From NCBI GenBank assembly GCA_002104905.1, contig MCFE01000191.1, positions 62,001-126,000 of the forward strand: DNA of 64,000 nucleotides, written 5' to 3'. How positions within the stretch are numbered: position 1 is the stretch's first letter; the number at the start of each line of letters is the position of its first letter. The DNA comes from Basidiobolus meristosporus CBS 931.73 (Eukaryota; Fungi; Basidiobolomycota). Below, in pieces: positions 49,647 to 61,244 of this stretch. The notes under the pieces were generated by a model. It saw only the letters and a list, made by a program, of their open reading frames with translations. It did no database searches and had not been told where the DNA came from. The translations under genes were made by a program, and so were the position numbers.

Positions 49647-50599
49647 GGGCTTGCTAAGTAACGCAGTTTGCCTAGAACAGCCTTCATATTCTCAATTGAA
49701 GTGAGAATGGAGATACCACTGATAGACAAAGCAACAATGTCAAGAACTCAAAAGACCATTACAATGCCTACTGGGGAATCTTGGTAAAATAATAGGCATG
49801 CCAAAAGGTTGCCCTACTTCTTCAAGACCAGTGCTCAAGAAAATACACTTGAATATTGTAAGTGTTTACTTCAAAGACTGGTAGATGATGTGATAGACCT
49901 TGCTGTGCTGGCTGAATACCAGGAATTATGACAACCAGTGAATGAACAATGACATAAAGCTTTGAGTTTTTGCCAAAGTAATGGCAAAAGGGCATTAGAG
50001 TCAGAGTACTTATCAAATGGTGGATCTGAATGGAGAACTTGTTACATATAGGGCTGGGCTTAATGTCATTGCTGGGTATAGGGACTTCTAGAGGTCAGTA
50101 CAACTGGCCATGGAGTTACAACTAAATCTTTAGTGGAAGTAAGCCAGTTATATGCATAAGAAGTAATATAATAGGTTGAGTTAGGAAGCCATGAGTATGG
50201 AAAAGAGGCAATAGCCCAACAATGTTCATAAATGTAGGAGGTCAGCTTCCAGGATTATAAAGTGAGAGAATTGGTAGTGAACCAATTAAATCCACATGTG
50301 TGCTTTTGTGATAAAAAACTTTCACCAATTTCCTGTAAAAACTAAGTAACACTTTGTTCAAGATTGTGTTTGAGTTTTTTATGGAATCTAGGGTGTGATT
50401 TTTTTTTACAGTCCTTGCACAGTGTCCTGATGGGCTCACCATTTTATAGTTGCAGGATTCAGTTTTGTGACAGCCTTATTATAGGATCATCACAGTTATT
50501 TTCATTGGGAGTTTTCAAGTGGACATTTTCTGCAAGACCTGACAGATTCAAGAATGTCAGCTTTGTTATTTGGTCAGTAATATACATCAGGATGTAGCT

Positions 50600-51900
50600 T
50601 TGTTATAGGTGTATCAGCTCTAAAGTGGCCAAGTAACAGACTTTTCAGTGCCAATATTTTCTTTCTTCAGCAAATGGGATATTCCAAGTTGCAAACTCCA
50701 GCTCAGGGATCAATTTGGAAGTTGTAATAAGTATACTGACTATATTTGTAATCACATGTCCCTCCCAAGGTAAAGTTGGCAAAAATCTTGAAGGATGGTC
50801 AGGCATGACATTGAGAACTCCTGGGCACTGAATAACTGAACATTGATCTTCAAGTTGAATATCAGGCCTGTTGATCAGCATTGGAGCTAGAATCTCTTCA
50901 GTGTGATATAGACAAGAATTGGTGATTAGCACACTAGGTAATAGGATTACAGCATAGGTGCTAATAAGATTTCTTCAAGGTAAAGACTATGGTTGATAGC
51001 TCCTTCTTGGTGGTAGAGTAGTTTTCTGCAGAGGTTTGCAGGGATCTTGCTAGGAAAGAAATCCAGTGAGGAAGATTTTGGTCTTCAATCTGATAGAGGA
51101 CAGCTCCTGACTCAACAGAAGCATCTGTAGCATCAACAAAGGGCTGAGTAAGCTCATGATAGGATATGGTGGGTGCTTGAGGAAGCAGTTAGCAGAGTAA
51201 CTCAAAGGCTTAGTCACAAGTCTTGTTCCAGGCTGAGGGGAGATCAGGGCTTTGATGTATTGCACCAAAAGGGAAACTTAATGAAAACATGGGTAGTATG
51301 TGTTCCCTGAAGCTACTGAATACTCCATGACAATGTTGAGGTTGCTTAGCAATAGTTGGTCTTAGCCATTCAGGAATATTGACTAGTTCAACAGGGTCTA
51401 GCAGGTAGCCAGCTGTGATGCCTAAATGTTCAAGTAGATTGGTTTTGAGGCAAGTAAAACTGCTCTGTTCAGCATTGAGAAATAGTCCAGCTGCTATCAG
51501 TTAGTTTATTACATCAGTGACATGTTTTGTATGATCAGCATGATTTGTGGAAAATTTGATGGCATCACCAATTAACACTAATGCATATGGTGGATTCTAG
51601 AGTGTTCTAGTCATGACACTCTATAACATGCCAGCAAATAACTTTAAGCCAAAGGGAGCTCCCTGTAGCATTCTTTACATATTACTTCTATTAAGGCAGT
51701 CTAAAGTTAATGATCAGAATAGATCTAAAATTAGTGATAGGGTTCCTCTAAGTCCACCTTGGAGAATACCTTTGATACTGCTAATGAGGAAATGATATCT
51801 TGGAGCTTTGGAGCTATATATTTATCATCTTGTACAAGCTTGTTTAGAGGTCTGGGGCCCAAGCAGGGTTGCTTCTGAGCTGAACATCCATCAGCATCCT
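50600..51900 (-). pseudogene. pol: Very old gypsy RT-RNase H remnant (Gypsy-C)
   Basis: DKYIAPKLQDIISSLAVSKVFSKVDL, APFGL, ATDASVESGAVLYQ and PGVLNVMPDHPSR in the expected order. Confidence 0.7.
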
Positions 51901-51959
51901 TCTCAGGTGCAGGCATCTTTTTGCATGGCAATGAACTAATATGTATGCATGAAAATGAA

Positions 51960-52247
51960 GAGCATTGTTTGAGTCTGGAAGTAATGAGAGCAAGAAAGGG
52001 GAAATAGCCAATTAATACATACAAACATAGGGGGTGATCAAGTGTCTTTGACCAGAAAGTGAGAAAACTGGCAGAGAACTATTCAAAAGCTACTTATTCA
52101 TTGTTGTAGTGCAAAATCTTGACTAGGTTTATGTGAAATCTATGGTGTAACTGTTTCAGCAGTTGTGGCACAGTGTCCTCATGGAATCAATACCTCTTAG
52201 TCATGGTGTTGTAAATTTTTGACTGCCTGTAGATGGGATCAACTATA
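51960..52247 (+). repeat. Family I terminal fragment
   Basis: CACAGTGTCCT...GGGATCAACTATA matches the right ends at 36511 and 50494. Confidence 0.55.
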
Positions 52248-54150
52248 TCACTTTGCATAAGGAGTTTTCCAGAACTCCATAGTAGACATTGTGATAGTCC
52301 GCTGTAGTGGGGTGACAGTGATACCCAGTGACAGGTGTGCTCATTCCCATATTTTCTACGTCCCTATTTTGCTACTACCCTTATTTTAGCTTTATCCCAT
52401 TTGTCTTACCTGATTGGTACTATCCCATAAGCTGGTTGACTATCACACCTGCTTACCATATTACATAAGTTATCCCTCACTTTATGTAAGAAAACTAGCT
52501 GTAAGTGCTTCTATATTAGGCAAGTACCCACACCAGTACCCATGACACATCCCTACCATTTCATACCATATATGGTATTCCTATGTTACACAGGCTTTAT
52601 AATACTGATTCCTGATTGGTTGGATGTGCTGAGCCTCTTAGAACCTTCCAGCACCTACTTAGAACATTCATAGGTCATTCTGATGTCATTAAGATTCCTA
52701 TCAATATCCGGAACCTGCTGGAACATCATGATTAGTAATCACTTAAACAGTAACAAAAGTATATAAGGGAGGCTATCCCTCAACAATAAATCATCATCCC
52801 TTTTATCAATATACCAACTTGTTGATTAGTGTGATCACTGCTACCTGCTGCTACCTGAGCTTCCAACCCCATACCACAGGACACTCCCAGGAAACCATGC
52901 TGACAGCCAACTGACCTTGGAAGCACCGCTTGCAAGGAATACTCAAAGTAGGTATCTTTTATTATATTTGATTCTTTCCCGAGTTTGCTCTTGTACAGGC
53001 AAAGACACTTTTCTGTCTTTGTAACTATTGACCACAGCTGTATTCTTATCAAGTCCCTGCTGGTGGAGTTTACAGTTGTTTTGACTTTGGAAGCTTTAGT
53101 ACATTGTCATCTCAAAGGATGCTGAACCCAGCACATACTCTTGTTGTGATGCCAATTAAGTTGGGGATTGTAGCTCAATAGTTTTCCTTTGACAAGCTTG
53201 TGGCTTTATTCACCATCACATTAGATTAGAGACAGAACCCAAGTATTCCTAGCAAGCTTTTGCCAGAGGATATTGCACCCAGTGAACACCCCACACACAA
53301 AACACTTTAGAAGTGTTGGATATATCTCTCCCTTGGACCTATACACCACCATACCGCTGATTTTTTGATGTTGTTGCTTTATATGTCTGAGGGATCTCTA
53401 CTCTGTCTACAATCAAGCACATGAGGTTGGGGTGTGCAAATTTCCTTTCTATGCAAATGCATCTACCTCACTGGAGTGTAATGTAACAGGCTAAACTTCC
53501 AACTCCTGAGTAAACAGCTGTTGTCTTGGTGGTAACACTTCTTGGCTATTATGGGACTTAGCCTGTTCTGGTCTGATGCCATTAAATGGTGAGAGCTGTA
53601 GATTTTTCTCACACTTCCTTGCAACTGGCTGAGGTAGGTTTTCTTCACACTTTCTCCAATATTATCAATGCTGGGTCTTCTTCCACTGCTAACTTGACAG
53701 AGTGCTTCTTATATTGCACTATGCTTTCTCCTTGCTGAATGCTGCATTGATTCATCTATTTCTGCCTGCATTTCCATAACCAACACACACCCAGCTACCT
53801 GAAGCTTCCTTGTCACTGGTTTTAGGCTTTCAGCCCTACCTCTCATGGGCTCCTGGGAAAGGCACCGGCTTTTGGCATTGCCAGGTCCTTTGATGCTACT
53901 TTGGCTCAATACTTGTTGAATTGAGCTACATTTTCTTGTAAATCAATGCTGCACAAGTGCATTTGGCACTTCCTACTAGTCCTATGCTGGCACTTTTGAG
54001 GCCTTCTAGTGCTTTGTTGCCAATTATATAGAGCTTTTAGCCTTGCTTGTGTTGAGCTCTTGAGGAAGCTGCTAGTTTTTAGCCTTGGCACCCTTCTACT
54101 TCTGCCTTTGCTGGTTAATGTTATTCCTGAGATACCTGTCTAGCATACCA
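52248..54150 (-). repeat. Family I copy split by LTR-G
   Basis: Reverse complement aligns with about 35410-35850; ends approximate. Confidence 0.55.
52303..53353 (+). mobile_element. Solo LTR-G
   Basis: TSD CCGC (52299-52302 and 53354-53357); TATATAA at 52760, AATAAA at 52785. Confidence 0.92.
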
Positions 54151-54217
54151 ATGCTGGCCCAAAATACATTACATGTTTCAATCCAGGGTAATGCACATAA
54201 GGCAGGTCAAGCTTATT

Positions 54218-55164
54218 AGACTTGTTCTGTTGTGCCATTGAGCATAGTGCCAGAAAGTGCTGTATATTTTGTTATTAGACTTGTTCCATTGGATAGTGCC
54301 ACATTGAGCCATGGGTGCCAAATGATGCCATAGTGTGCCAGAGAGGCCAAGTGAGCCACTACCTTGCCACAGAGTGTGAAACATAGATCTGCATCTTCAT
54401 ACAAAGCAGCCCCTGTGTTTCATCCATTGTGTTGGAGAAAATCCATTTTTTGACCTTTTTTTTGGATCAATGTTGTGCAGGATGTGTTAGAGCACAAGCA
54501 GATTGAAGATATGCATCTGGTACTCAATACCCATGGCACTCTGAATCTAGCTCCTGTAGCTTGTATCATGTCACAAAAATGAATGGCACTATCTTGGTCC
54601 ACTGGTACTATCTGGCACTATAAGTGCTTTGTATAGATGTTACTTTAGGGCTAATATTTAAATATAGTGCCAGATAGTACCAGTGGACCAAGATAGTGCC
54701 ATTCATTTTTGTGACATGATAGAAGCTAAAGGAGCTAGATTCAGAGTGCCATGGGTATTGAGTACCGGATGCATATCTTCAGTTCTCCTGTGCTCTTACA
54801 CATCCTGAGCTACATTGATCCACAAAAAAAGGCCAAAAAATGGATTTTCTCCTGCGCAATGGGTGAAACACAGGGGCTGCTCTGCATGAAGATGCAGAGC
54901 TATGTTTCACACTCTGTGGTTAAGTATGGGCTCACTTGGCCTCTGTGGCACACTATGGCATCATTTGGCACTCATGGCTCAGTGTGGAACTATCCAACGG
55001 AACAAGTCTATTGACTTGATATTCTAGGGTCATATGCATGTCAATTCTGATCCCAAATTGGCACTGTATGGCACCATCTGGCACTCTGTGGCATGATCAG
55101 GCACCATCTGGCATGCTATGGCACTATTGGGCACTATGATCAGCTGGAATGATAGAACAAGTCT
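54218..55164. mobile_element. Short MITE 'C' with MITE-B nested inside
   Basis: AGACTTGTTC...GAACAAGTCT; TSD ATT (54215-54217 and 55165-55167); reverse complement of 57782-57992 once MITE-B is removed. Confidence 0.9.
54277..55009. mobile_element. Foldback MITE-B, opposite orientation to 13638-14371
   Basis: Long inverted arms; TSD ATT (54274-54276 and 55010-55012). Confidence 0.93.
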
Positions 55165-55399
55165 ATTCTATGTGGCCTTGGGTTCCTAATGGACCCATGA
55201 TAAGTTGGCCTTAAGGTGGTGGAGTGCCAGACTCCTGTAGACTCTCAAATATCAGCCCACTCTTTGTCACTACACCAACTGCTTCAAAAATACTTAATGT
55301 CATTTAATTCTTAAGCTTTGGTATAACAACCACAGTCTCCCTCTGCCATGAAGTGACAGACCTCTCTGGGAGCTTTATCTCTGACTACTGTTGTCTAAC

Positions 55400-57780
55400 A
55401 TTTACTAAAGTGGGTCATCAATGAGTCTTAAATACATGCAGGTGTAATATCCAGGTACAAAACTGTTGTGAGCACTTTTGAGTATTGACTGAAAAATGAT
55501 ACATTAGCATTTTGTTGTTGAATATAAAGCTGTTTGCCTCATGGACAAGACTGTTTTGACCCTATGCTGTAAGAGAAGTGAAAAAAGTCTATTTGGCTAT
55601 TGTAGCAAGCCCATCAGCCATGCAGCTCACAGACAGTCTCCATCAAGTGTAAATGTTTCTGATATATCTGATGGTAAGCACTACAAGCAACCAAGTAGTA
55701 AGGCCTACTTTGCAGTTATGTGTACCCATGCCTTGGCCTTTGTACTTGATGGATCCTCATTCAAAAAGTACTTTGCTAGCAAATCTGGCTGACCACTGAA
55801 TCTCATCAGCTTGAATCTACACCCAGTTATATAGTATAGGTGGGTCACAGTGACACCCACTGACTGATGGGTTCATTCACATATTTTCTACTTCCTTACT
55901 GCTCTACTGCCCTTATCTTGGCAACTCCTGCTGGGCAATCACTCTCATTAGCCTGAATCTGCCACCAATTTAAAGTATCAGTGCAGAAATCTTATGGTAG
56001 TCTCACTGATATTTGGGCCTACATTACTGTCCAGCCTAAATAACAATCTGTATTCATGGCTGGATGAATCTTACATGCTCTTAAGCATAGTGCCAGTGTA
56101 AGGGCCATCATGTCAGAGCACATATACTTATCTGCATTGGCAATTCCCCAGCTATCAACAAGACAGCTGACTTTTTGGGGCACAATAGATGGTATTACTG
56201 TTAAACATGTGAGATCCAGGTGGTTCAATACATAGCTCACACATATTGTTATTATCCAAACACCAACAGCAAGAGCATAATCTTACCATATAGAGAATCT
56301 GAAGAAGTCAGCTTGCAATTACAGCAGAGCTGGCAAGCTATAAGTAATCAGCCAGAACATGGAATCAATTGAAAGCCAGAGTTGCATCGAATAGAGGGAA
56401 TGAATTGAGCAAAAGCATTTGATTGAGAACAATACAATTACTCTTCAAAATATCTGTCATGATCACATGATATCCCTGAGCTTACATGATCCAGCCAGAC
56501 CAAGTTGGTGAAGGAATTTCAGTTTCTTCCAGAATATTTTACCACATTGTAGCAGCATCCTCAAGAATATAAGACAATCTCATATCAATAGAACATTCTA
56601 TAGAAGCTACTAATTAGAATATATGTAGCTTGTTACTATATATGGTAATAACAATGCATGAGCTATTTGATTGACCAGCTGACCCCTTGCACATCCACAT
56701 GTGATATTTTAGTCTATTCTTCAGTATGTTTCTATCTTGGCACACTTACTGGGCCAACACCAGAGCCTAATTGATAGTAGCCTATATCTCTTGGCATCCA
56801 TATTGCCTAAAAGTATAGGTAGTCCTATTCCCCCTTATATATTCATCAATCTGATAAACACAGATGCTGAATAAACTGCCTTGCTTTGTGGGTTCACACC
56901 TAAGTTGATTTTCAGTCCTGCCTTGCCTAGCTCTACAATCAAGCCTTGTGTCTATTGAGAACAATATTCTTATACCAATGACCAAGTAGCACATGGAGCA
57001 TTTCAAGCTAAATGAGCCCTTCATGATACCACAGAATTTGGAAAAATTGGCCACATATTGCTAAATATCTGCCACCTAAAGTACTTCTCACAAACGTCAA
57101 TCAATATTCATACACATATGCAACAATACAAATGCAAGAACTGGATGAGCTGGGTATGTAATTATTGAAGTAGCCTTCTGAAGCAACTTCAGCTAAGAGT
57201 ACATGGGAAGCATTGGGAGTCAAATGCTGGTATCAAAGGAATATTTATCCAGATGCAGATCACTAATAAAAGTTGGGCACATCTAGAGCCTTTATGTGAG
57301 GAGTTTGTGACAGGATTTGAGCAGCTTTACTATAACCATAAAGCTGTTTGCATAGATATTAGCCACTACTGTGTCCATTTGCTACTGCATCCTGCCTGGT
57401 GAGTAGAGGATTTATGGGTTTGCTTCACCTTTTGGGAGGTCTCTCAAGAGTAGATGTGTAGGGAAATAGGAAAGTGAGTAAGGTTGCAAGTACTACTATA
57501 TCTCAATCTCATCCAGAGTGTTACCTTCAAGTGCATGGTGGATGTGATAAGTTGGCATATTGAGGACAGCCAGGAAGAGCAGAAAAATACCGAGCACAGA
57601 TGTGCACATTGAAATGCCCATGCGTTTAGCAATAAGAAGCTAAGCAGCCCCAATGTGTGGGCAATCAATTAACAATGCAACACTTGGTTGGACACCACAA
57701 TCAACTAATTTCTGCTTGGACAACTTTACCATACTGTGCTGGGCTCCTTCTGGTTGCAAGCTAATTTCTGCACCTTTCAA
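55400..57780 (+). pseudogene. CACTA/Tnp2-family transposase, decayed, interrupted by an LTR-G fragment (about 55836-55915) and LTR-E
   Basis: DISDGKHYKQ...ALAFVLDG in ORF 55541-55792; 55915-56280 matches 18100-18440; 57000-57680 matches 4150-4800. Confidence 0.72.
56455..56963 (+). mobile_element. Solo LTR-E
   Basis: TGTCATGATC...GAACA; TSD ATATC/ATATT; homologous to 8662-9173. Confidence 0.8.
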
Positions 57781-57781
57781 T

Positions 57782-57992
57782 AGACTTGTTCCATCATTCC
57801 AGCTGATCATAGTGCCCAATAGTGCCATAGCATGCCAGATGGTACCTGATCATGCCACAGAGTGCCAGATGGTGCCATACAGTGCCAATTTGGGATCAAA
57901 ATTGACATTCATATGACCCTAAATTATCAAATTAATAACAGAATATGCAGCACTTTCTGGCACTATGAGCAATGGCACAATGGAACAAGTCT
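57782..57992. mobile_element. MITE-C (211 bp)
   Basis: 11-bp terminal inverted repeat AGACTTGTTCC; TSD AAT (57779-57781 and 57993-57995); subterminal GTGCCA/TGGCAC motifs. Confidence 0.9.
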
Positions 57993-58058
57993 AATATGTA
58001 ATTCACATTAACCAGGAACTGAGCTCAATGATCAGGGGGACAAACACCCAGGAGGAAC

Positions 58059-58463
58059 TGTTGTGCATAACATTTAAACTTAGCCAATTTCACTCTGTTA
58101 GAAAATCCAGTACCCTAACTGATTTTCCCTAACCCAAACATAACTAATCCCTGTTATGGTTTATTTATCACTTCTCAGAAGCTATTCTTAGCTGTTACAC
58201 CTGATCAATTTTCAAGTGGTCATTACGTCCTCAACTGATTTACTAAGCCTTTCTAAGGGATTAGTCATCTGAGATCTATCCAACCACTTAGTAGTTGCCA
58301 AGACATCTGCTGATGAATGATGCAATTTTCATTTATTTCATGCACTTATCAACACCCCAAAAGATTTCAATTAGTCCAGCCTCTTGGTGCTTACTAACTC
58401 AACTTTATCAGAAGAATATAAATAAAGATTACTGAACCTTTTGGTTTAGTGTGTGTCTCAACA
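58059..58463 (+). repeat. LTR-K
   Basis: TGTTG...CAACA; homologous to 24096-24505; no TSD. Confidence 0.75.
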
Positions 58464-58699
58464 AAATTAAGATTGTGCCTCAGCAAAATTCAGAATTCAG
58501 TAATTCTGTTCTAGTTTCCACCCAAGCCTAGCATATCTAGCATTCCCAAGAACATCAAGACTATCCTGTATAGCAAACCAACTCTGTTGCATTTATAGCC
58601 CAACTCAACCATATACAAAACCAGTATTAAATCAGAACTTCTCTGCTAATATTTCTGTCACCGTTGACAATTCTAAGATTCTGTGCTTAGTTGTCACTT

Positions 58700-59300
58700 A
58701 GGCTCAGTTAACTCATGCAAGTGCTTTATTACACTTTTCTCTTGGATACAACAGGAACAAGGAGTATATTGGCTGATTACAATAAAGTACTTTGCAGATT
58801 TTCAGAAGGCACTCACCACTAAGGTGGTGGCAACCAAGCATAAGTTTACAAGATGTGTATCCTGACAGCAATAAAAGGTGTGTGGCAACTCTGCAAGTAT
58901 TACACTGAAGTTTTGTAAAGTTGAAGTGATAGATGTGTGTCAATTATAGTGAGTTTGCACATATGTGAGGTTAGTAAGCAAGAGGCCATAGTATTTTTTG
59001 ATTCCATCTATACTTGGAATATCCATGGTAGTAGAAGCGGTGTGCAAGTAAAGAGTGGTGATTCTACAGTTGAATATACAAATGGTACAAGGGGAGGTAG
59101 CATAAAGAAATACCACTTGGTAGATTGATATGATAGCATTATAACAGACTAACTTTAAGCCACCATACTGTCATGATAATGCCAACAGAAATCTGCAAAA
59201 AGGCTGTTGAAGCACTGTTAACCTTTTGCCATATGCAGCAATTATAAAAGTTAGCCAGTTAGGTCTGCCTATATAAATAGATTGTACTGCTGGAAAGTAT
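58700..59300 (+). repeat. CACTA-associated 3' sequence
   Basis: Collinear with 4800-5450. Confidence 0.7.
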
Positions 59301-59309
59301 CATATTGAG

Positions 59310-59450
59310 CTATCAGTGCCGAATAATGCCATAGTGTGCTGTTGAAGCAGAGTAGACCTATACTGACCACATACTGTATAACATAACTCTACAACTTTAT
59401 GCAAAGCAGCCCCTGTGTTTCATCTATTGTGCCTGAGAAAACTCATTTAA
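59310..59450. repeat. Degenerate MITE-B arm fragment
   Basis: TGCCATAGTGTG...GCAAAGCAGCCCCTGTGTTTCA. Confidence 0.55.
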
Positions 59451-59523
59451 ACATTTCTGATAAAGTTGAATTAGTAAGAGCCAAAACCCTGGACTAATTG
59501 AAATTTTTTTGGGGTGTTGATAG

Positions 59524-59939
59524 TGTTGTAAGAGTCTTGGAGATATTGAAAGTGATTGGGGGAACAAGTAGATTATGTGGTTTTCACTTAATTATTTATT
59601 GAATGTAAAAGTGGTATTTATACTTTTACCTGGTCTTGGCATTACAAACACATAGAATAGGTCAAGGAAGGTCCCAACAACATGTGTGCAAAGTTTGGGG
59701 CTGTCTGGACAACTTTGAGAATTTTCATGTTCTGGGTACCTGGTATTTTGGTGAAAATATTCTAAGTAAATCCCAACAAGGAATTTTGGTCAGTATTCTC
59801 TAGGATTTGAAGGTAATGATCTAAGTGACTAAGTTAAGTGAATATTTGGGTGGAAATACAAATTTTACAACACTCCCACTCAGCTAAATGTTCCTACTGA
59901 TTAGTCCTAATTTTGACCTAAGATATTCAAACTTGTCTC
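59524..59939 (-). mobile_element. Copia-A 3' end (LTR 59524-59872, PPT, end of RNase H), target of Gypsy-A
   Basis: LTR match; PPT reverse complement CTCCCACTCA at 59873-59882. Confidence 0.92.
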
Positions 59940-60616
59940 TGTGGTAATGGAAAGTATTCCATTACTACAATATCTCTAAACCAATATTGCACTCATTTCT
60001 TTATTTTGCTTTTTGCTATTGTAACACACAAGAGAAAGATCAAGAATTTCCAACTTTGAAGAGCAAATGCTCCAGACCCTGACAGCAATCCACCCAAGAA
60101 TATTATGTCATACAGAACACGTAGTAGCCAACACATGTTTCAAATTACAGCTCATTTGAAGCAGTACTTAAGGAGTTATGACCAAAAGAGTCCAACTATT
60201 ATATATACTATGCCTTATTGCTAGGATTACTATGGTGACTTTGATTGCGTGTAACTTTTGAACCAGCCAATCAAATCACGTGAAATTTTCACAGGTGCTG
60301 CGCCTATGTCCGATCTGCGCCACTGCAAAAATTTTAGCTTCGTATCACGTGTATTGCTTGCGCAATCGCCCAAAAACTTTGATCCTTCAAAATTTTCATA
60401 TATATGACTTCCCCAGCTGAAAAATATAGAGAGAGCCTCTCTTTCCAGAATCTCCACACTACAATTACAAGTTTAAAGGTTATAAGACTTCCCCTGCATC
60501 ACTTGCACTGTTGAGTATTCTGACTTTGATCGGTACTACATCAGTAAAGAGACTGCAAAGCTCACAAGAATCCAATCTAAGTTCTACAAGAAACTACCAC
60601 TTTTCTGTCGGAAAAG

Positions 60617-60864
60617 TCCCCTCTAAGAAACCCCTTTACTCTAAAGACACCCCTTTAGAGACCCCTTTAAGAAACCCCTTTACTCTAAAGAAGCCCCTTT
60701 AGGCACCCCTTTAGTGTAAAGTCCACTTTAGAGACCACTACAAGAAGCCCCTTTACTCTAAAGACACCCCTTTAGACACCCCTTTAGACACCCCTTTAGA
60801 CACCCCTTTAGGTCTAAAGACCCCTTTAGAGACTTCTACAACACACCCCTTTAGGTCAAAGGGG
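60617..60864. repeat. C-run minisatellite inside LTR-D
   Basis: Includes four tandem ACACCCCTTTAG units. Confidence 0.9.
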
Positions 60865-61183
60865 AGTTCAGAATTTCCATATTAGGAAATATTTTCTCAC
60901 AAAGGAAAGTGACTTCCAAATAAGGAAAAGTTACTATAAAAGTAAATAAGCCCATTAGTCGACAGAAGGTCAGAACACTGCTGTAGAAGTGATAAACACT
61001 GCCTACAGTATATTTTGAGCCCAAGATTGAGAAAATTAGTGAAAGTTATATCTTCTATCGGTATATCAAGCTCCCAATAAACTATTTCAGTATTAGCATA
61101 CTGGAAGTTGTTGTATATTGTTGATTAGCCTCTACATTGTAGAACAAGCCCCAAACTAATCATAATACAACACAACAAGAATT

Positions 61184-61199
61184 TGGTGGAGGACCTGGG
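61184..61199 (+). other. Primer-binding site, probably tRNA-Ala
   Basis: TGGTGGAGGACCTGGG is complementary to a tRNA 3' end CCCAGGTCCTCCA-CCA (U70, A73 as in tRNA-Ala). It lies 6 nt after the LTR. The tRNA identity is inferred. Confidence 0.7.
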
Positions 61200-61244
61200 T
61201 AGTTTGAACCTTTCACTATACAAGCATCAAGAAACGTTACAAGA

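Larger units (their letters stand above)
42620..50494 (+). repeat. Family I copy split by LTR-G and Copia-A (pieces 42620-42779, 43838-43878, 49647-50494)
   Basis: The pieces are collinear with 35520-36511. Confidence 0.65.

Noticed and set aside
60617-60864. CRISPR array or telomeric repeat
   Set aside because: There are no unique spacers, unit lengths are irregular, and the array is a fixed internal part of an LTR with TG...CA ends and TSDs.
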